From Armatimonadota bacterium (GTDB lineage Bacteria; Armatimonadota; UBA10988): a stretch of DNA of 64,000 nucleotides. The notes beneath the pieces are model-generated. The model was not told the origin of the DNA. It did not search any database and saw only the letters and a program-made list of their open reading frames with translations. Location of the stretch: assembly GCA_016235455.1 (NCBI GenBank), contig JACRKZ010000027.1, positions 1 to 64,000 of the forward strand. The letters run 5' to 3'. How positions within the stretch are numbered: position 1 is the first letter of the stretch; every line of letters starts with the position of its first letter. A program made the position numbers and the translations under genes. Shown one piece after another: positions 1-9,255 of the stretch.

Positions 1-2476
1 ACTCGGGCTCGCCGCCACAGCCGTAACCGTCGGGCAGTGCCTGATCGCCCGTGTCCGGACGGCGATAGACGTTGACGAGTTGGTCGGTGCCGGCCTGCCA
101 GTCCAGCCGAAACTCCATGCCGTTGTAGTAGAAGCGGGTCGGGTCGCGGCTGTCCAGCGTGCCGCCGCCGCCATACTGGCCCGGCCCGTAGAAAGCCCGC
201 ACGAACTTGCCGTCCGGCTGCCAGACGCTGACACGCTTGGGCTGGTAGTCGGTCTCCGCCACCCACAGTCGGCCCTTAGAGTCGATGGTCAGGCCGTTGG
301 GGTTGTTCAGGTGCAGCGGGTCGTACGGCCCAGCCGCCGGCTTGCCCGGCTTGCCGATGGCGCGCAACAGCTTGCCCGTGGCGTCGAAGGCCAGTACCTG
401 GTGGTGGCTGCCGCGGTCGGTGACGAACAGCGTGCCGTCAGCGCCGACGACCACATGCTGAGGATCCTCCAGCCCAGCGGCGATCAGCGTTTCGCTAACT
501 GGCTTCAGCGGGTCGTCCATGGTCAGCCGGAGGAGCGTCTTGCCGGCCAACACCAGCAGCTTGCCGTCGGCCAGGAAGGCCATGCCGCGCGGGTCGGCCT
601 GGGGCACCGTGCCGAGCACCCGGCCGCCCTTGGCGTCGACCATGAGCAGCACATTCTGCTTGGGCAGCGCGGCCACCAGCAGGCCGTTGCGCACCGCGAT
701 GCCGGTCAGGGCTGAGGCGTCCTTGCCGCCGTCGAAGGCGTACTTGACCACCGGCTTGTCACCGGCGCGGGTGACCGCGGTGAGGCGCAACTCGCCTTCC
801 CAGGCCGAACCCGCGTACAGCCACGTGTCAGCCACGGGAGCGTCACCGGCGTCGCGCGCCAGGTATGGCGCGCCGGTCCAGTTGCCGCCGATCCAGCCGC
901 GCCCGCCCTGCTTGCGGCCATCGAGGTCGACCCAGGCCAGGCCATGGCCGCCCTCGGCCACATAGCTGCCCAGGTAGATCAGGTCCTTGCCGTTGGGCGA
1001 GCGGTCGGCCGGCAGGAACAGCGCCGACGAAGGCGGCGTGTGGTTGGTCAGCCAGCAACCGGTGCTGTCGGCGGTCTCCCAGACCGGGTTACCGCTGTTG
1101 TAGACGGGGAACTCGTAGCGGAGATCGATCTGCTTGCGCCACAAGCCGCGCACGCGGTAGCGGCCTGGCTGCACGAACTGGGCGGGAATGGCGTAGATGC
1201 CGTGGCGCGCGGCTTCGGGGTCGCGGCCGAGGTCGTCGGTGCCGTCCCACCAGACTACGTTCGGCCCGGCGGGGAACAGCGTGTCGGCCACCAGGTTGCG
1301 CACGCGCTTGCCGCTGATGCCCTCGATGACCAGCGTCACGTAGCCGGCTTGGGGCAGCGTGAAGCGCACGGGGATGGGCGGATGCCCCAGGTCGGGCTTG
1401 GCCTGCTGGGGCAGGATGGCCGTGGTCAGGTCGGCCGCGGCCAGCGGCGACAGCGCCAGCAGCTCGCCCATCCAGGTGCGGCGACCGCCCTTGGTGTTGC
1501 CATTGAGGTGCGGATGCCCTTCGCCGGTGACCTGCGTCAGTCGCAGGCGCACGGCCCGCGTGGTCACGGTTCGGCCGAAGTCCATCCAATTGGGGCCGAG
1601 CTGCCGCGGATACTGGCTGTCCAGCTTGTCCCACGAGGCCAGCGCGTCCCAGTCGTTGTCGGCCGCCTCGCGCGGGTGGCGGTCGGCGGGGCCCGTGTAG
1701 GTCTGCGCGTCGGCCGCGGCGATGCCGGCCCACAGCGCGCACAGCCCGCGCAAGGCGACGGGCCTGGCCCAGGTCAGCAGCACCCACTCGGGGTTCTGCG
1801 CCGAGATGACCGGCGCGTCGGCGGCGCGCTGGGTGTCCCACGCCTGCCAGGTGCCGTCGTTGGAGCCGTTGGTGATCTTGTCGGCCTTCTCGATGTTGCC
1901 CGAAGCGCCCACCACGGCCTGCGGCGCCAGGTTGGCCAACCGCTCGGGCAGCAGGCTGATGCCGCCCAGCCAGCCGTGGAACGTGCGGTCGGTGAGCACT
2001 GCGGTATGCGCGAAGCGTAGCGCACGCGTGCTGGTGCCCGGCGGCAGCAGCCACAGCGCATACTCCTCGCCGTTGGCCTCATCGCGCGTGACCTGCCGGC
2101 CGGCCAGCCGCGTCGCCGGCAGCCACTGCGTGTCGTCATCGAGCCGGCCGGGATAGGTCGCGGTGGCCCGCAGCACGCTCAGCGCGCCGCCGGCCCGCGT
2201 CAGCACCGTGCCGACAGCGACCGGCGCCTTGAAACCGAGGCGCAGATAGCGGATGCCTGGCTGCTTGCCCTCGCCATAGCGCACGCCATCCCATTCGGGC
2301 GCGCTCTGGCGCGTGTAGATGACGTGCCGCGGCCCGTCACGCAGGTCGACCGGCTTCTCCACGCCTTCCGACCACTGGGCAAAGGCCGCCGGGTCAAGCA
2401 CGTCGGGCCCGGCCAGCGGGTTCTCAAAGGCACACACCGGCAGGACGGCCAGCAGCAGCAACCACATCGCGCGCAT
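1..2476 (-). CDS. Large secreted protein with FlgD Ig-like domain and NHL/SMP-30-type beta-propeller repeats (3' end runs off the left edge)
   Basis: Not in the ORF track because it has no stop inside the window. Manual translation from ATG 2476 (RBS AGGAG) gives signal peptide MRAMWLLLLAVLPVCA, a FlgD-like segment 'FTLPQAGYVTLVIEGISGKRVRNLV...VVWWDGTDD', and NHL-like repeats 'LEDPQHVVVGADGTLFVTD' and 'LNNPNGLTIDSKGRLWVAE'. Confidence 0.8.
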   Translation of the reverse strand, partial: MRAMWLLLLAVLPVCAFENPLAGPDVLDPAAFAQWSEGVEKPVDLRDGPRHVIYTRQSAPEWDGVRYGEGKQPGIRYLRLGFKAPVAVGTVLTRAGGALSVLRATATYPGRLDDDTQWLPATRLAGRQVTRDEANGEEYALWLLPPGTSTRALRFAHTAVLTDRTFHGWLGGISLLPERLANLAPQAVVGASGNIEKADKITNGSNDGTWQAWDTQRAADAPVISAQNPEWVLLTWARPVALRGLCALWAGIAAADAQTYTGPADRHPREAADNDWDALASWDKLDSQYPRQLGPNWMDFGRTVTTRAVRLRLTQVTGEGHPHLNGNTKGGRRTWMGELLALSPLAAADLTTAILPQQAKPDLGHPPIPVRFTLPQAGYVTLVIEGISGKRVRNLVADTLFPAGPNVVWWDGTDDLGRDPEAARHGIYAIPAQFVQPGRYRVRGLWRKQIDLRYEFPVYNSGNPVWETADSTGCWLTNHTPPSSALFLPADRSPNGKDLIYLGSYVAEGGHGLAWVDLDGRKQGGRGWIGGNWTGAPYLARDAGDAPVADTWLYAGSAWEGELRLTAVTRAGDKPVVKYAFDGGKDASALTGIAVRNGLLVAALPKQNVLLMVDAKGGRVLGTVPQADPRGMAFLADGKLLVLAGKTLLRLTMDDPLKPVSETLIAAGLEDPQHVVVGADGTLFVTDRGSHHQVLAFDATGKLLRAIGKPGKPAAGPYDPLHLNNPNGLTIDSKGRLWVAETDYQPKRVSVWQPDGKFVRAFYGPGQYGGGGTLDSRDPTRFYYNGMEFRLDWQAGTDQLVNVYRRPDTGDQALPDGYGCGGEPE

Positions 2477-2484
2477 CGTAGCTC

Positions 2485-3939
2485 CTAGCATTCGGGCTCA
2501 ATCTCAAAGGCATAGACGGTCTGGCACGGCCGCTGGTCCGGGTCGGCGAACCACGCGGGGATGTCGATGACCATGCCCTGCTCGTCGGCTCGCCAGGTGA
2601 AGACGTGGTCGAGGCCCAGCATGCGCACGGCCGAGCCGGCGCGGGCACGCACCTGGCGCAGGCGCAGGCTGGCCGCCGAGCTCTGCCAGTCGGTGACGAA
2701 GGCCCACACGCTGGCGCCATCCTTGCTCTGCGTATAGCGGATGTTCGGCCCGTCGGCGAAGACGCGATACGGCCGGGTGGCGTAGATGCCGCGGCCGTTG
2801 ACCGCCAACCAGTCGCCGACCTGCTCCAGCACGGCCACCACCTCGGCATCCCAGGCGCCGCTGGGGCCGGGGCCGTAGCCGACCTGGAACAGTCCGCCCT
2901 TGGCCACGATGTCCACCAGGTTCTCGATCAGCCACGAGGCTGGCTTGTAGCGGTCGCCCCAGACATACGAGAAGTGATCGCTACCGGGGAAGATGACCTT
3001 CCAGGGCAGGCCATGGGTGCTGCTCGGGTCGTGCGGGTCGGCCGGCACGGTGCGCTCGGGCGTGCAGTAGTCGCCATAGGGCTGGATGCCGCGGTCGCGC
3101 AGCAGCACCTGGGGCTGCAGCCGGCGGATCTGCTTCACGGTCTCGACGATCTGCTCGCGCAGCCCATGTCGCCGCCCGTTGTCGGGGAAGTTCATGTCCA
3201 GCGAGATCTGGTCGATCGGGCCGTAGTTGGTGCACAGCTCCAGCAACTGCGCGCGATGCCGCGCGGCCAGCCGCGCGAAGCCGGCGGGATCGCTGTCGGG
3301 CGTGTAGGCCGGGTCGCGCTGGTAGTTCCAGTCGTCGATGCGGAAGTCGGCGTCGAACCAGTCGATGTGCGAGAAGTACAGGCTGATGCCCAGATCCCGT
3401 GCCCGGCCCGCGGCCACAAGTTCGCCCACGATGTCGCGCCCGAAAGGCGTCTCGGCGACGCTGTAGGCGAGGTCGCAGTCGACGATCTGGCCCGCCCGCG
3501 GCCCGGTGTGGACCCGCCGGCGCCGCACCCGAGTCCGCGTGTCGTAGAGCGAGAAACCGTCGTGGTGCTTGGTGGTGAAGCTGAAGAAGCGCAGCCCGGC
3601 GCGACGGAAGAGGTCGCACCAGGCACCGGCATCGAACGCCGCGGGGCAGAAGCAGCGGTACAGTTCCTCATACTGCGCGCGGAACGTGGCGGGGCTGGCA
3701 ATGTGGCTGTCCGCGGGACGAGTCAGCGGCCAGGACTCGGGGCCGTTGGCCGGCAGGCAGTAGACGCTCCAGTGGATGCGGATGCCGAACTTGCGGTCCC
3801 ACCAGCGTTCCAGCGCCTCGCGGCCAGCATGCAGATAGTCGTCGTCGGCGCCTTGGTAGCCGGCATAGCGCTCGCGCAGAGCCAGCTCCTCGGCCCAGGC
3901 TTCGGGCGTCGGCGTGCCGTGTTCGTCGTAGCGTGTCAT
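2485..3939 (-). CDS. Alpha-L-fucosidase family (GH29)
   Basis: Motifs KFGIRIHW, FDAGAW, TTKHHDGFSLY, LYFSHIDW, LVDIVAKGG and WLAVNGRGIYATRP. No signal peptide. Confidence 0.88.
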   Translation of the reverse strand: MTRYDEHGTPTPEAWAEELALRERYAGYQGADDDYLHAGREALERWWDRKFGIRIHWSVYCLPANGPESWPLTRPADSHIASPATFRAQYEELYRCFCPAAFDAGAWCDLFRRAGLRFFSFTTKHHDGFSLYDTRTRVRRRRVHTGPRAGQIVDCDLAYSVAETPFGRDIVGELVAAGRARDLGISLYFSHIDWFDADFRIDDWNYQRDPAYTPDSDPAGFARLAARHRAQLLELCTNYGPIDQISLDMNFPDNGRRHGLREQIVETVKQIRRLQPQVLLRDRGIQPYGDYCTPERTVPADPHDPSSTHGLPWKVIFPGSDHFSYVWGDRYKPASWLIENLVDIVAKGGLFQVGYGPGPSGAWDAEVVAVLEQVGDWLAVNGRGIYATRPYRVFADGPNIRYTQSKDGASVWAFVTDWQSSAASLRLRQVRARAGSAVRMLGLDHVFTWRADEQGMVIDIPAWFADPDQRPCQTVYAFEIEPEC

Positions 3940-5021
3940 CAGGGTTTGCCCACCTCGTCAGAGCGTGCGCGCCATGCCGGCAGGTCACGGGCCAGCAGGT
4001 CGCGCGGTCGGTCCACATACCAGGCATAGCCGTTACGCCGCTCGTGGCCGATATCCGCGAGATGCTGCCTGGCGATGCCGTCGCGGTCACAGAAGATCGG
4101 CTGGTTGGTGCCAATCTCATAGAACCGCGCCCAGAGCGGCGGCGCGGCCGGGTCCTGCTGCACCGCCCGGTCCTTGCCGCCGGGCAGTTTGGCGTCCTTG
4201 ATCTCGACCACCTTGATGCCGGTGAGCTTGACCTTCTCCAGCCAGGCCACGGCGCCTTCGACGGCGGCGACCACCCGGGGCGTCGTGGGCAGCGTCATGA
4301 GGAAGCGCACGATGGGCACCGACTCCGCGCCACTCAGCGACACCAGCTCGTACTTGCGCGCGGCCGCCGGCGCCAGCGTCTGCTCATCGTGCTGGGCACA
4401 CCAGGCGGTGAGCACGCCGTCGACCTTAACCTGGCAGGCCAGGATGCAGTCGATGCCCTTGGCCAAGGCGTCCTTGGCCTTCTGGCGCCGGGCCGCGTCG
4501 ACGAACGCATACGGCGCTTCGCCGCGCGCGATCGGCTCGAGCGCCCGCAGCACGCCGACCATGGCATCGTCATTGAAGGTGATGTGCGACCAGTAGCCGC
4601 GCCGCAATGGGTAGAACTGCGGCCAACCGCCGTTGGCATACTGCGCGGCCAGCAGGTAGTCGAGCCCGCGGTCGAACGACGCGCGCAGCCGGTCCTGGGG
4701 TTGGGCGGTCTGCACGCGCGCCAGGAAGGCCAGCTGCGTGTGCGTGGCGCCATTGTCGATCGTGGCCATGGTGTCGGCGTGCTGGGCGAGGAGGCTGGCG
4801 CGCTGGGCGTCGGTCAGGACGACGGCCATGTCTTCGTTCTTGGGCCAGCCGCCGCAGTCGCGCTGCCAGCAGAGCACGTTGTCGGCGATGCGCAGCGCCT
4901 CGGGCGAGCCGTACCACGCCTCTTTCTGTGCCAGGACCTCGGCCCAGGCGATGGGCGTGGCCGGCTCCTGCGCGCCGGGCGCCGCCGACAGCGCCACGAG
5001 CAGCACCGCAAGCCAGATCAT
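3939..5021 (-). CDS. Pectate lyase, PL10 (PelA/Pel-15E family)
   Basis: Signal peptide, plus motifs GGWPKN, TIDNGAT, GGWPQFYP, ITFNDDAM, WCAQHD, WARFYE and ERRNGYAWY. Confidence 0.92.
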   Translation of the reverse strand: MIWLAVLLVALSAAPGAQEPATPIAWAEVLAQKEAWYGSPEALRIADNVLCWQRDCGGWPKNEDMAVVLTDAQRASLLAQHADTMATIDNGATHTQLAFLARVQTAQPQDRLRASFDRGLDYLLAAQYANGGWPQFYPLRRGYWSHITFNDDAMVGVLRALEPIARGEAPYAFVDAARRQKAKDALAKGIDCILACQVKVDGVLTAWCAQHDEQTLAPAAARKYELVSLSGAESVPIVRFLMTLPTTPRVVAAVEGAVAWLEKVKLTGIKVVEIKDAKLPGGKDRAVQQDPAAPPLWARFYEIGTNQPIFCDRDGIARQHLADIGHERRNGYAWYVDRPRDLLARDLPAWRARSDEVGKP

Positions 5022-5045
5022 CGCACCTCTCCTGCCCCAACGCGA

Positions 5046-5070
5046 CTTCGCCGCGGTAGCCAGATCCCCT
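5046..5070 (-). promoter_or_regulatory. SigH-like promoter for the PL10 operon
   Basis: Minus strand reads AGGG-N17-GAAG, 25 nt upstream of the ATG. The same spacing recurs at several other sites. Confidence 0.5.
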
Positions 5071-5118
5071 TGTCGTCGAGGCGTTCAGTGAGATCGCGGC
5101 CTGTCATCTCGCGGCGGG

Positions 5119-5143
5119 AGGATTTGAGCTAACGAGCCAGAAC
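5119..5143 (+). promoter_or_regulatory. SigH-like promoter for the first DUF1559 gene
   Basis: AGGA-tttgagctaacgagcca(17)-GAAC. Confidence 0.55.
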
Positions 5144-5180
5144 CGTGCGCTGTGGCTTGGGGCAGGAGAGGAGTAACACT

Positions 5181-5867
5181 ATGAAGCGCAAGGGCTTTAC
5201 CCTGATCGAGTTGCTGGTGGTGATCGCCATCATCGCCATTCTGGCCGCCATCTTGTTCCCTGTGTTCGCCAAGGCGCGCGAGAAGGCGCGCTCGGCCAGT
5301 TGCCTGAGCAACCTCAAGCAGATCGGCTTGGCACTGGCACAGTACTCCAGCGACTACGACGAGAAGTACTGCATCAACGAGAATGCCGTGACGGTGAACG
5401 GCCAGGCGGTGCGCTGGTTCGAGGAACTGCAGCCGTACATGAAGAGCACGCAGATCGGCATGTGCCCGAGCTACTTCCCGTCCATCGCCGGCAACAACTT
5501 CGATACGCGGCTCTCCTATGCGCTGCAGAACTACTACTACTGGGACCGCACGCTCGGGGCCATCTTCGAGCGCGGCGGCACCGGCCCGTCATCGATTGCC
5601 GCGGTCGAAGACCCGGCAGGCACCGTGTTCTGCTGCGACGCGCTGAACTGGCCAGGTGAGTTCCAGTTCGTCGGCTACGGCCAGGGCTTCGGGGGCTGGA
5701 ACGGCTTCCCGCTGTTCTACACGGGCCAGTCCGACTACATCGGGCGCCACATGGATGGCTACAACGTCGCCTTCCTCGACGGCCACACCAAATGGCTCAA
5801 GGGCGAGGAGCTGACCAAGACCAGCGCGGCGGGCAACTACCGCTACTTCACGATCATCAGCGACTGA
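5181..5867 (+). CDS. Prepilin-type N-terminal cleavage/methylation DUF1559 protein, paralog 1
   Basis: MKRKG|[32 protein letters not shown] and C-terminal [14 protein letters not shown] (H-X9-DG). RBS GAGGAG precedes ATG 5181. Confidence 0.93.
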   Translation: MKRKGFTLIELLVVIAIIAILAAILFPVFAKAREKARSASCLSNLKQIGLALAQYSSDYDEKYCINENAVTVNGQAVRWFEELQPYMKSTQIGMCPSYFPSIAGNNFDTRLSYALQNYYYWDRTLGAIFERGGTGPSSIAAVEDPAGTVFCCDALNWPGEFQFVGYGQGFGGWNGFPLFYTGQSDYIGRHMDGYNVAFLDGHTKWLKGEELTKTSAAGNYRYFTIISD

Positions 5868-5893
5868 GCCACGCTCAGCCGCCGGTACCAGCA

Positions 5894-5934
5894 ACGCGGC
5901 GGCGGGGCCGAGGGTCCCGCCGCCGCGTGTGTTT
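5894..5934 (+). terminator. Intrinsic terminator-like hairpin after paralog 1
   Basis: Stem ACGCGGCGGCGGG / CCCGCCGCCGCGT followed by GTGTTT. Confidence 0.65.
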
Positions 5935-5967
5935 GGGCCTCCGGGCCGACCTTCGCGCTATCCGGCC

Positions 5968-5997
5968 TTGCGTTCTTGGTGCACCACGGGCTACAGT
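5968..5997 (+). promoter_or_regulatory. Sigma70-like promoter for paralog 2
   Basis: TTGCGT-N18-TACAGT. The same CTACAGT -10 box recurs before paralog 3. Confidence 0.45.
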
Positions 5998-6053
5998 GGG
6001 CCAACGTTTCGCCAGGGCTGTCGGAAAGCCCACGTGGAGCGAGGAGTGATGTA

Positions 6054-6743
<690 letters not shown>

Positions 6744-6772
6744 GCCTCGCTCGGCGCCGAATCGTGCCTGCC

Positions 6773-6817
6773 CAGCGGCGGGACCTATCACATGGTGGGC
6801 CCCGTCGCTGCGTTTTT
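6773..6817 (+). terminator. Intrinsic terminator after paralog 2
   Basis: Stem CAGCGGCGGG.../...CCCGTCGCTG followed by CGTTTTT. Confidence 0.7.
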
Positions 6818-6828
6818 GGTGGCGGGCC

Positions 6829-6858
6829 TAGCCATCTGCCCGCGCCGGTGACTACAGT
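6829..6858 (+). promoter_or_regulatory. Sigma70-like promoter for paralog 3
   Basis: TAGCCA-N18-TACAGT, with the same geometry as the promoter of paralog 2. Confidence 0.4.
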
Positions 6859-6914
6859 AGGGCAGCGCCTCACGAGGACCGTCCGGGCGCTTGCGTGAGG
6901 CAGGGAGGGATGCC

Positions 6915-7595
6915 ATGAAGCGCAAGGGTTTCACGCTGATCGAGCTGCTGGTGGTTATCGCCATCATCGCCATCCTGGCCGCCATCCTGTTCCCGGTCTT
7001 CGCCAAGGCGCGCGAGAAGGCGCGGCAGTCGAGTTGCCTCAGCAACCTCAAGCAGATCGGGCTGGCTCTGATGCAGTACTCATCGGACTACGACGAGAAG
7101 TACTGCCTCAACGAGAACGGCAGCGGCAACGGCGTGCGCTGGTTCGAGGAGTTGCAGCCGTACATCAAGAGCACGCAGATCGCGATGTGCCCCAGCTACT
7201 TCCCGACCATCGCGGGCAACAACTTCGACACCGGGCTCTCCTACTCGCTGCAGAACTTCTACCTGTACGACCGCGCGCTGGGCGCCATCTTCGAGCGGCT
7301 CAACGGCGGGCCGTCCGGCATCGCCGCGGTGGAGGATCCGGCCGGCACCATCTTCTGCGCCGACGCACTCAACTGGCCCGGCGAGTTCCAGTTCGTCAAC
7401 GTGGGCGGCGTGGGCTATGGTGGCTGGAACGGCTACCCGTTGTTCTACACCGGGCAGTCGGACTACATCGCGCGGCACCTGGGCGGCTACAACTGCGCCT
7501 TCCTCGATGGTCACGCCAAGTGGCTCGGCGGCGACGAACTCACCCGGCTGAGCGCCGGGGGCAACTACAAGTACTTCACCATCATTGCCGACTAG
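6915..7595 (+). CDS. DUF1559 prepilin-like protein, paralog 3
   Basis: MKRKG|FTLIE and [23 protein letters not shown]. Confidence 0.93.
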   Translation: MKRKGFTLIELLVVIAIIAILAAILFPVFAKAREKARQSSCLSNLKQIGLALMQYSSDYDEKYCLNENGSGNGVRWFEELQPYIKSTQIAMCPSYFPTIAGNNFDTGLSYSLQNFYLYDRALGAIFERLNGGPSGIAAVEDPAGTIFCADALNWPGEFQFVNVGGVGYGGWNGYPLFYTGQSDYIARHLGGYNCAFLDGHAKWLGGDELTRLSAGGNYKYFTIIAD

Positions 7596-7621
7596 CATCC
7601 GCCCGCACTGCCGCCGAGAGG

Positions 7622-7646
7622 AGGCGGCACGCGGGCGTCGGCGAAT
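7622..7646 (+). promoter_or_regulatory. SigH-like promoter
   Basis: AGGC-N17-GAAT, 23 nt upstream of ATG 7670. Confidence 0.5.
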
Positions 7647-7669
7647 CCGGCGTACGGGAGTCTTGCCTG

Positions 7670-8902
7670 ATGCACCGCCGCGCGCTGCTGGAAACCACCC
7701 TTGCCGCCGTGTTGGCCACGGCGTTGAGCGCCGAAGAGAAGCGGCCACGCCGCATTCTGCTACGCTCCTCGTGGCAGACGGTCAACATCGGCGACATTGC
7801 CCACACGCCCGGCGTGCTGGCCCTGCTGGAGCAGTATCTGCCCGACGCCGAGGTGCGGCTCTGGCCGTCGAGCGTCGCCGACGGCGTCGAGGCCATGCTG
7901 CGGCGCCGGTTCCCCAAGCTGGTCATCGCCCTGTCCGCCGAGGAGAAACGCGCCGCCCTGGCCGAGTGCGACTTCCTGCTGCACGGCTCCGGCCCGTCGC
8001 TCGTCGGCCAGAAGGAAGTGGCTCGCTGGCATGACGAGACCGGCAAGCCGTTTGGCGTCTACGGCATCACTCAGGGCAAGCCCGACGCCGCCACGGCCGC
8101 GCTGCTGAGCGCTGCGCGCTTCGTGTTCTTCCGTGACTCCGTCTCACTCAAGTCGGCCCAGGAGGCGGGCGTCAAGGCGCCGATCATGGCCTTCGGGCCG
8201 GACGGTGCGTTCGCCTGCGACCTGACCAACGACCAGAACGCGCTGGCCTTCATGGCGGCCAACGGGCTGGAGGCCGGCCGGTTCCTCTGCTGCATCCCGC
8301 GGCTGCGCTATACACCGTACTGGCTGATTCGCCGGACCACCATGACCGCCGACATGGAGAAGCGCCACGAGCGCAACGAGCAACTCAAGGAGCATGACCA
8401 CGCGCCGCTGCGCGAGGCCATCTGCCAGATCGTGCGCGGTACCGACCTGAAGGTGCTGCTCTGCCCCGAAGACCAGAGCCAGATGGCCGTGGGCCGCGAG
8501 ATGCTGCTGAACAAGCTGCCCGACGATGTGCGGGCCAAGGTGGTGTGGCGTGAGAAGTACTGGCTCACCGACGAGGCCGTGAGCACCTACACACGCTCGG
8601 CCGGGCTGTTCGGGCTGGAAATGCACTCGCCCATCCTGTGCATCGGCCACGGCATCCCCGCCATCGTCTGCCGCTTCGCCGAGCAGACCAGCAAGGGCTT
8701 CATGTGGCGCGACATCGGCCTCGACGACTGGCTGTTCGACATGGACAACGAGGACGAGGTGGCCCGCGTCGTGCCCGCCGTGCTGGCCCTGGCCAAGGAT
8801 CCCGCCGCCGCGCGGGCCAAGGCCGAGGCCGCGCGCGAGCGGGTGCGTGAGCATCAACGGCGGACCATGGGCGTCCTCGCCGAAAGCCTGAGGCTACCAT
8901 GA
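7670..8902 (+). CDS. Polysaccharide pyruvyl transferase family protein with Tat-like signal
   Basis: The real start is inferred at [21 protein letters not shown]. Motifs [35 protein letters not shown] and EMHSPI. Confidence 0.82.
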   Translation: MHRRALLETTLAAVLATALSAEEKRPRRILLRSSWQTVNIGDIAHTPGVLALLEQYLPDAEVRLWPSSVADGVEAMLRRRFPKLVIALSAEEKRAALAECDFLLHGSGPSLVGQKEVARWHDETGKPFGVYGITQGKPDAATAALLSAARFVFFRDSVSLKSAQEAGVKAPIMAFGPDGAFACDLTNDQNALAFMAANGLEAGRFLCCIPRLRYTPYWLIRRTTMTADMEKRHERNEQLKEHDHAPLREAICQIVRGTDLKVLLCPEDQSQMAVGREMLLNKLPDDVRAKVVWREKYWLTDEAVSTYTRSAGLFGLEMHSPILCIGHGIPAIVCRFAEQTSKGFMWRDIGLDDWLFDMDNEDEVARVVPAVLALAKDPAAARAKAEAARERVREHQRRTMGVLAESLRLP

Positions 8903-9255
8903 GCGGATTGCTCTTCTGGGTGCCGCGTGTGCTGGCACTCGCCTACACGCTGTTCCTGGCGCTGTTCGCGCTCGATGTCTTCGAGCCGGGCAAGCCCGCG
9001 GGGCAGGTGCTGACAGCGTTGGTCATGCACCTGCTCCCCAACGCACTGGTGCTCCTGGTCCTGGCGCTGGCCTGGCGCCGGCCGGTGGTCGGCGCGGTGG
9101 TCTATCCCGCGCTGGGCCTGGCCTACATTCGCTGGGCGGTGAGCCGGCACATGCACTGGTCGGCCCATGTCGCCATCGCCGGGCCGCTGCTGCTGCTCGG
9201 CGTTCTGTTCGCGGCCGATGCCTGCCTGCGGTCTAGCGCGGCGCCACCACATTAG
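8899..9255 (+). CDS. Small integral membrane protein (about 4 TM), function unknown
   Basis: ATGA overlap with the upstream stop; hydrophobic helices. Confidence 0.75.
   Translation: MSGLLFWVPRVLALAYTLFLALFALDVFEPGKPAGQVLTALVMHLLPNALVLLVLALAWRRPVVGAVVYPALGLAYIRWAVSRHMHWSAHVAIAGPLLLLGVLFAADACLRSSAAPPH

Noticed and set aside
7034-7669. N-terminal extension making a 622-aa pyruvyl transferase
   Set aside because: It overlaps DUF1559 paralog 3 in another frame. A signal peptide and promoter support a start at 7670.
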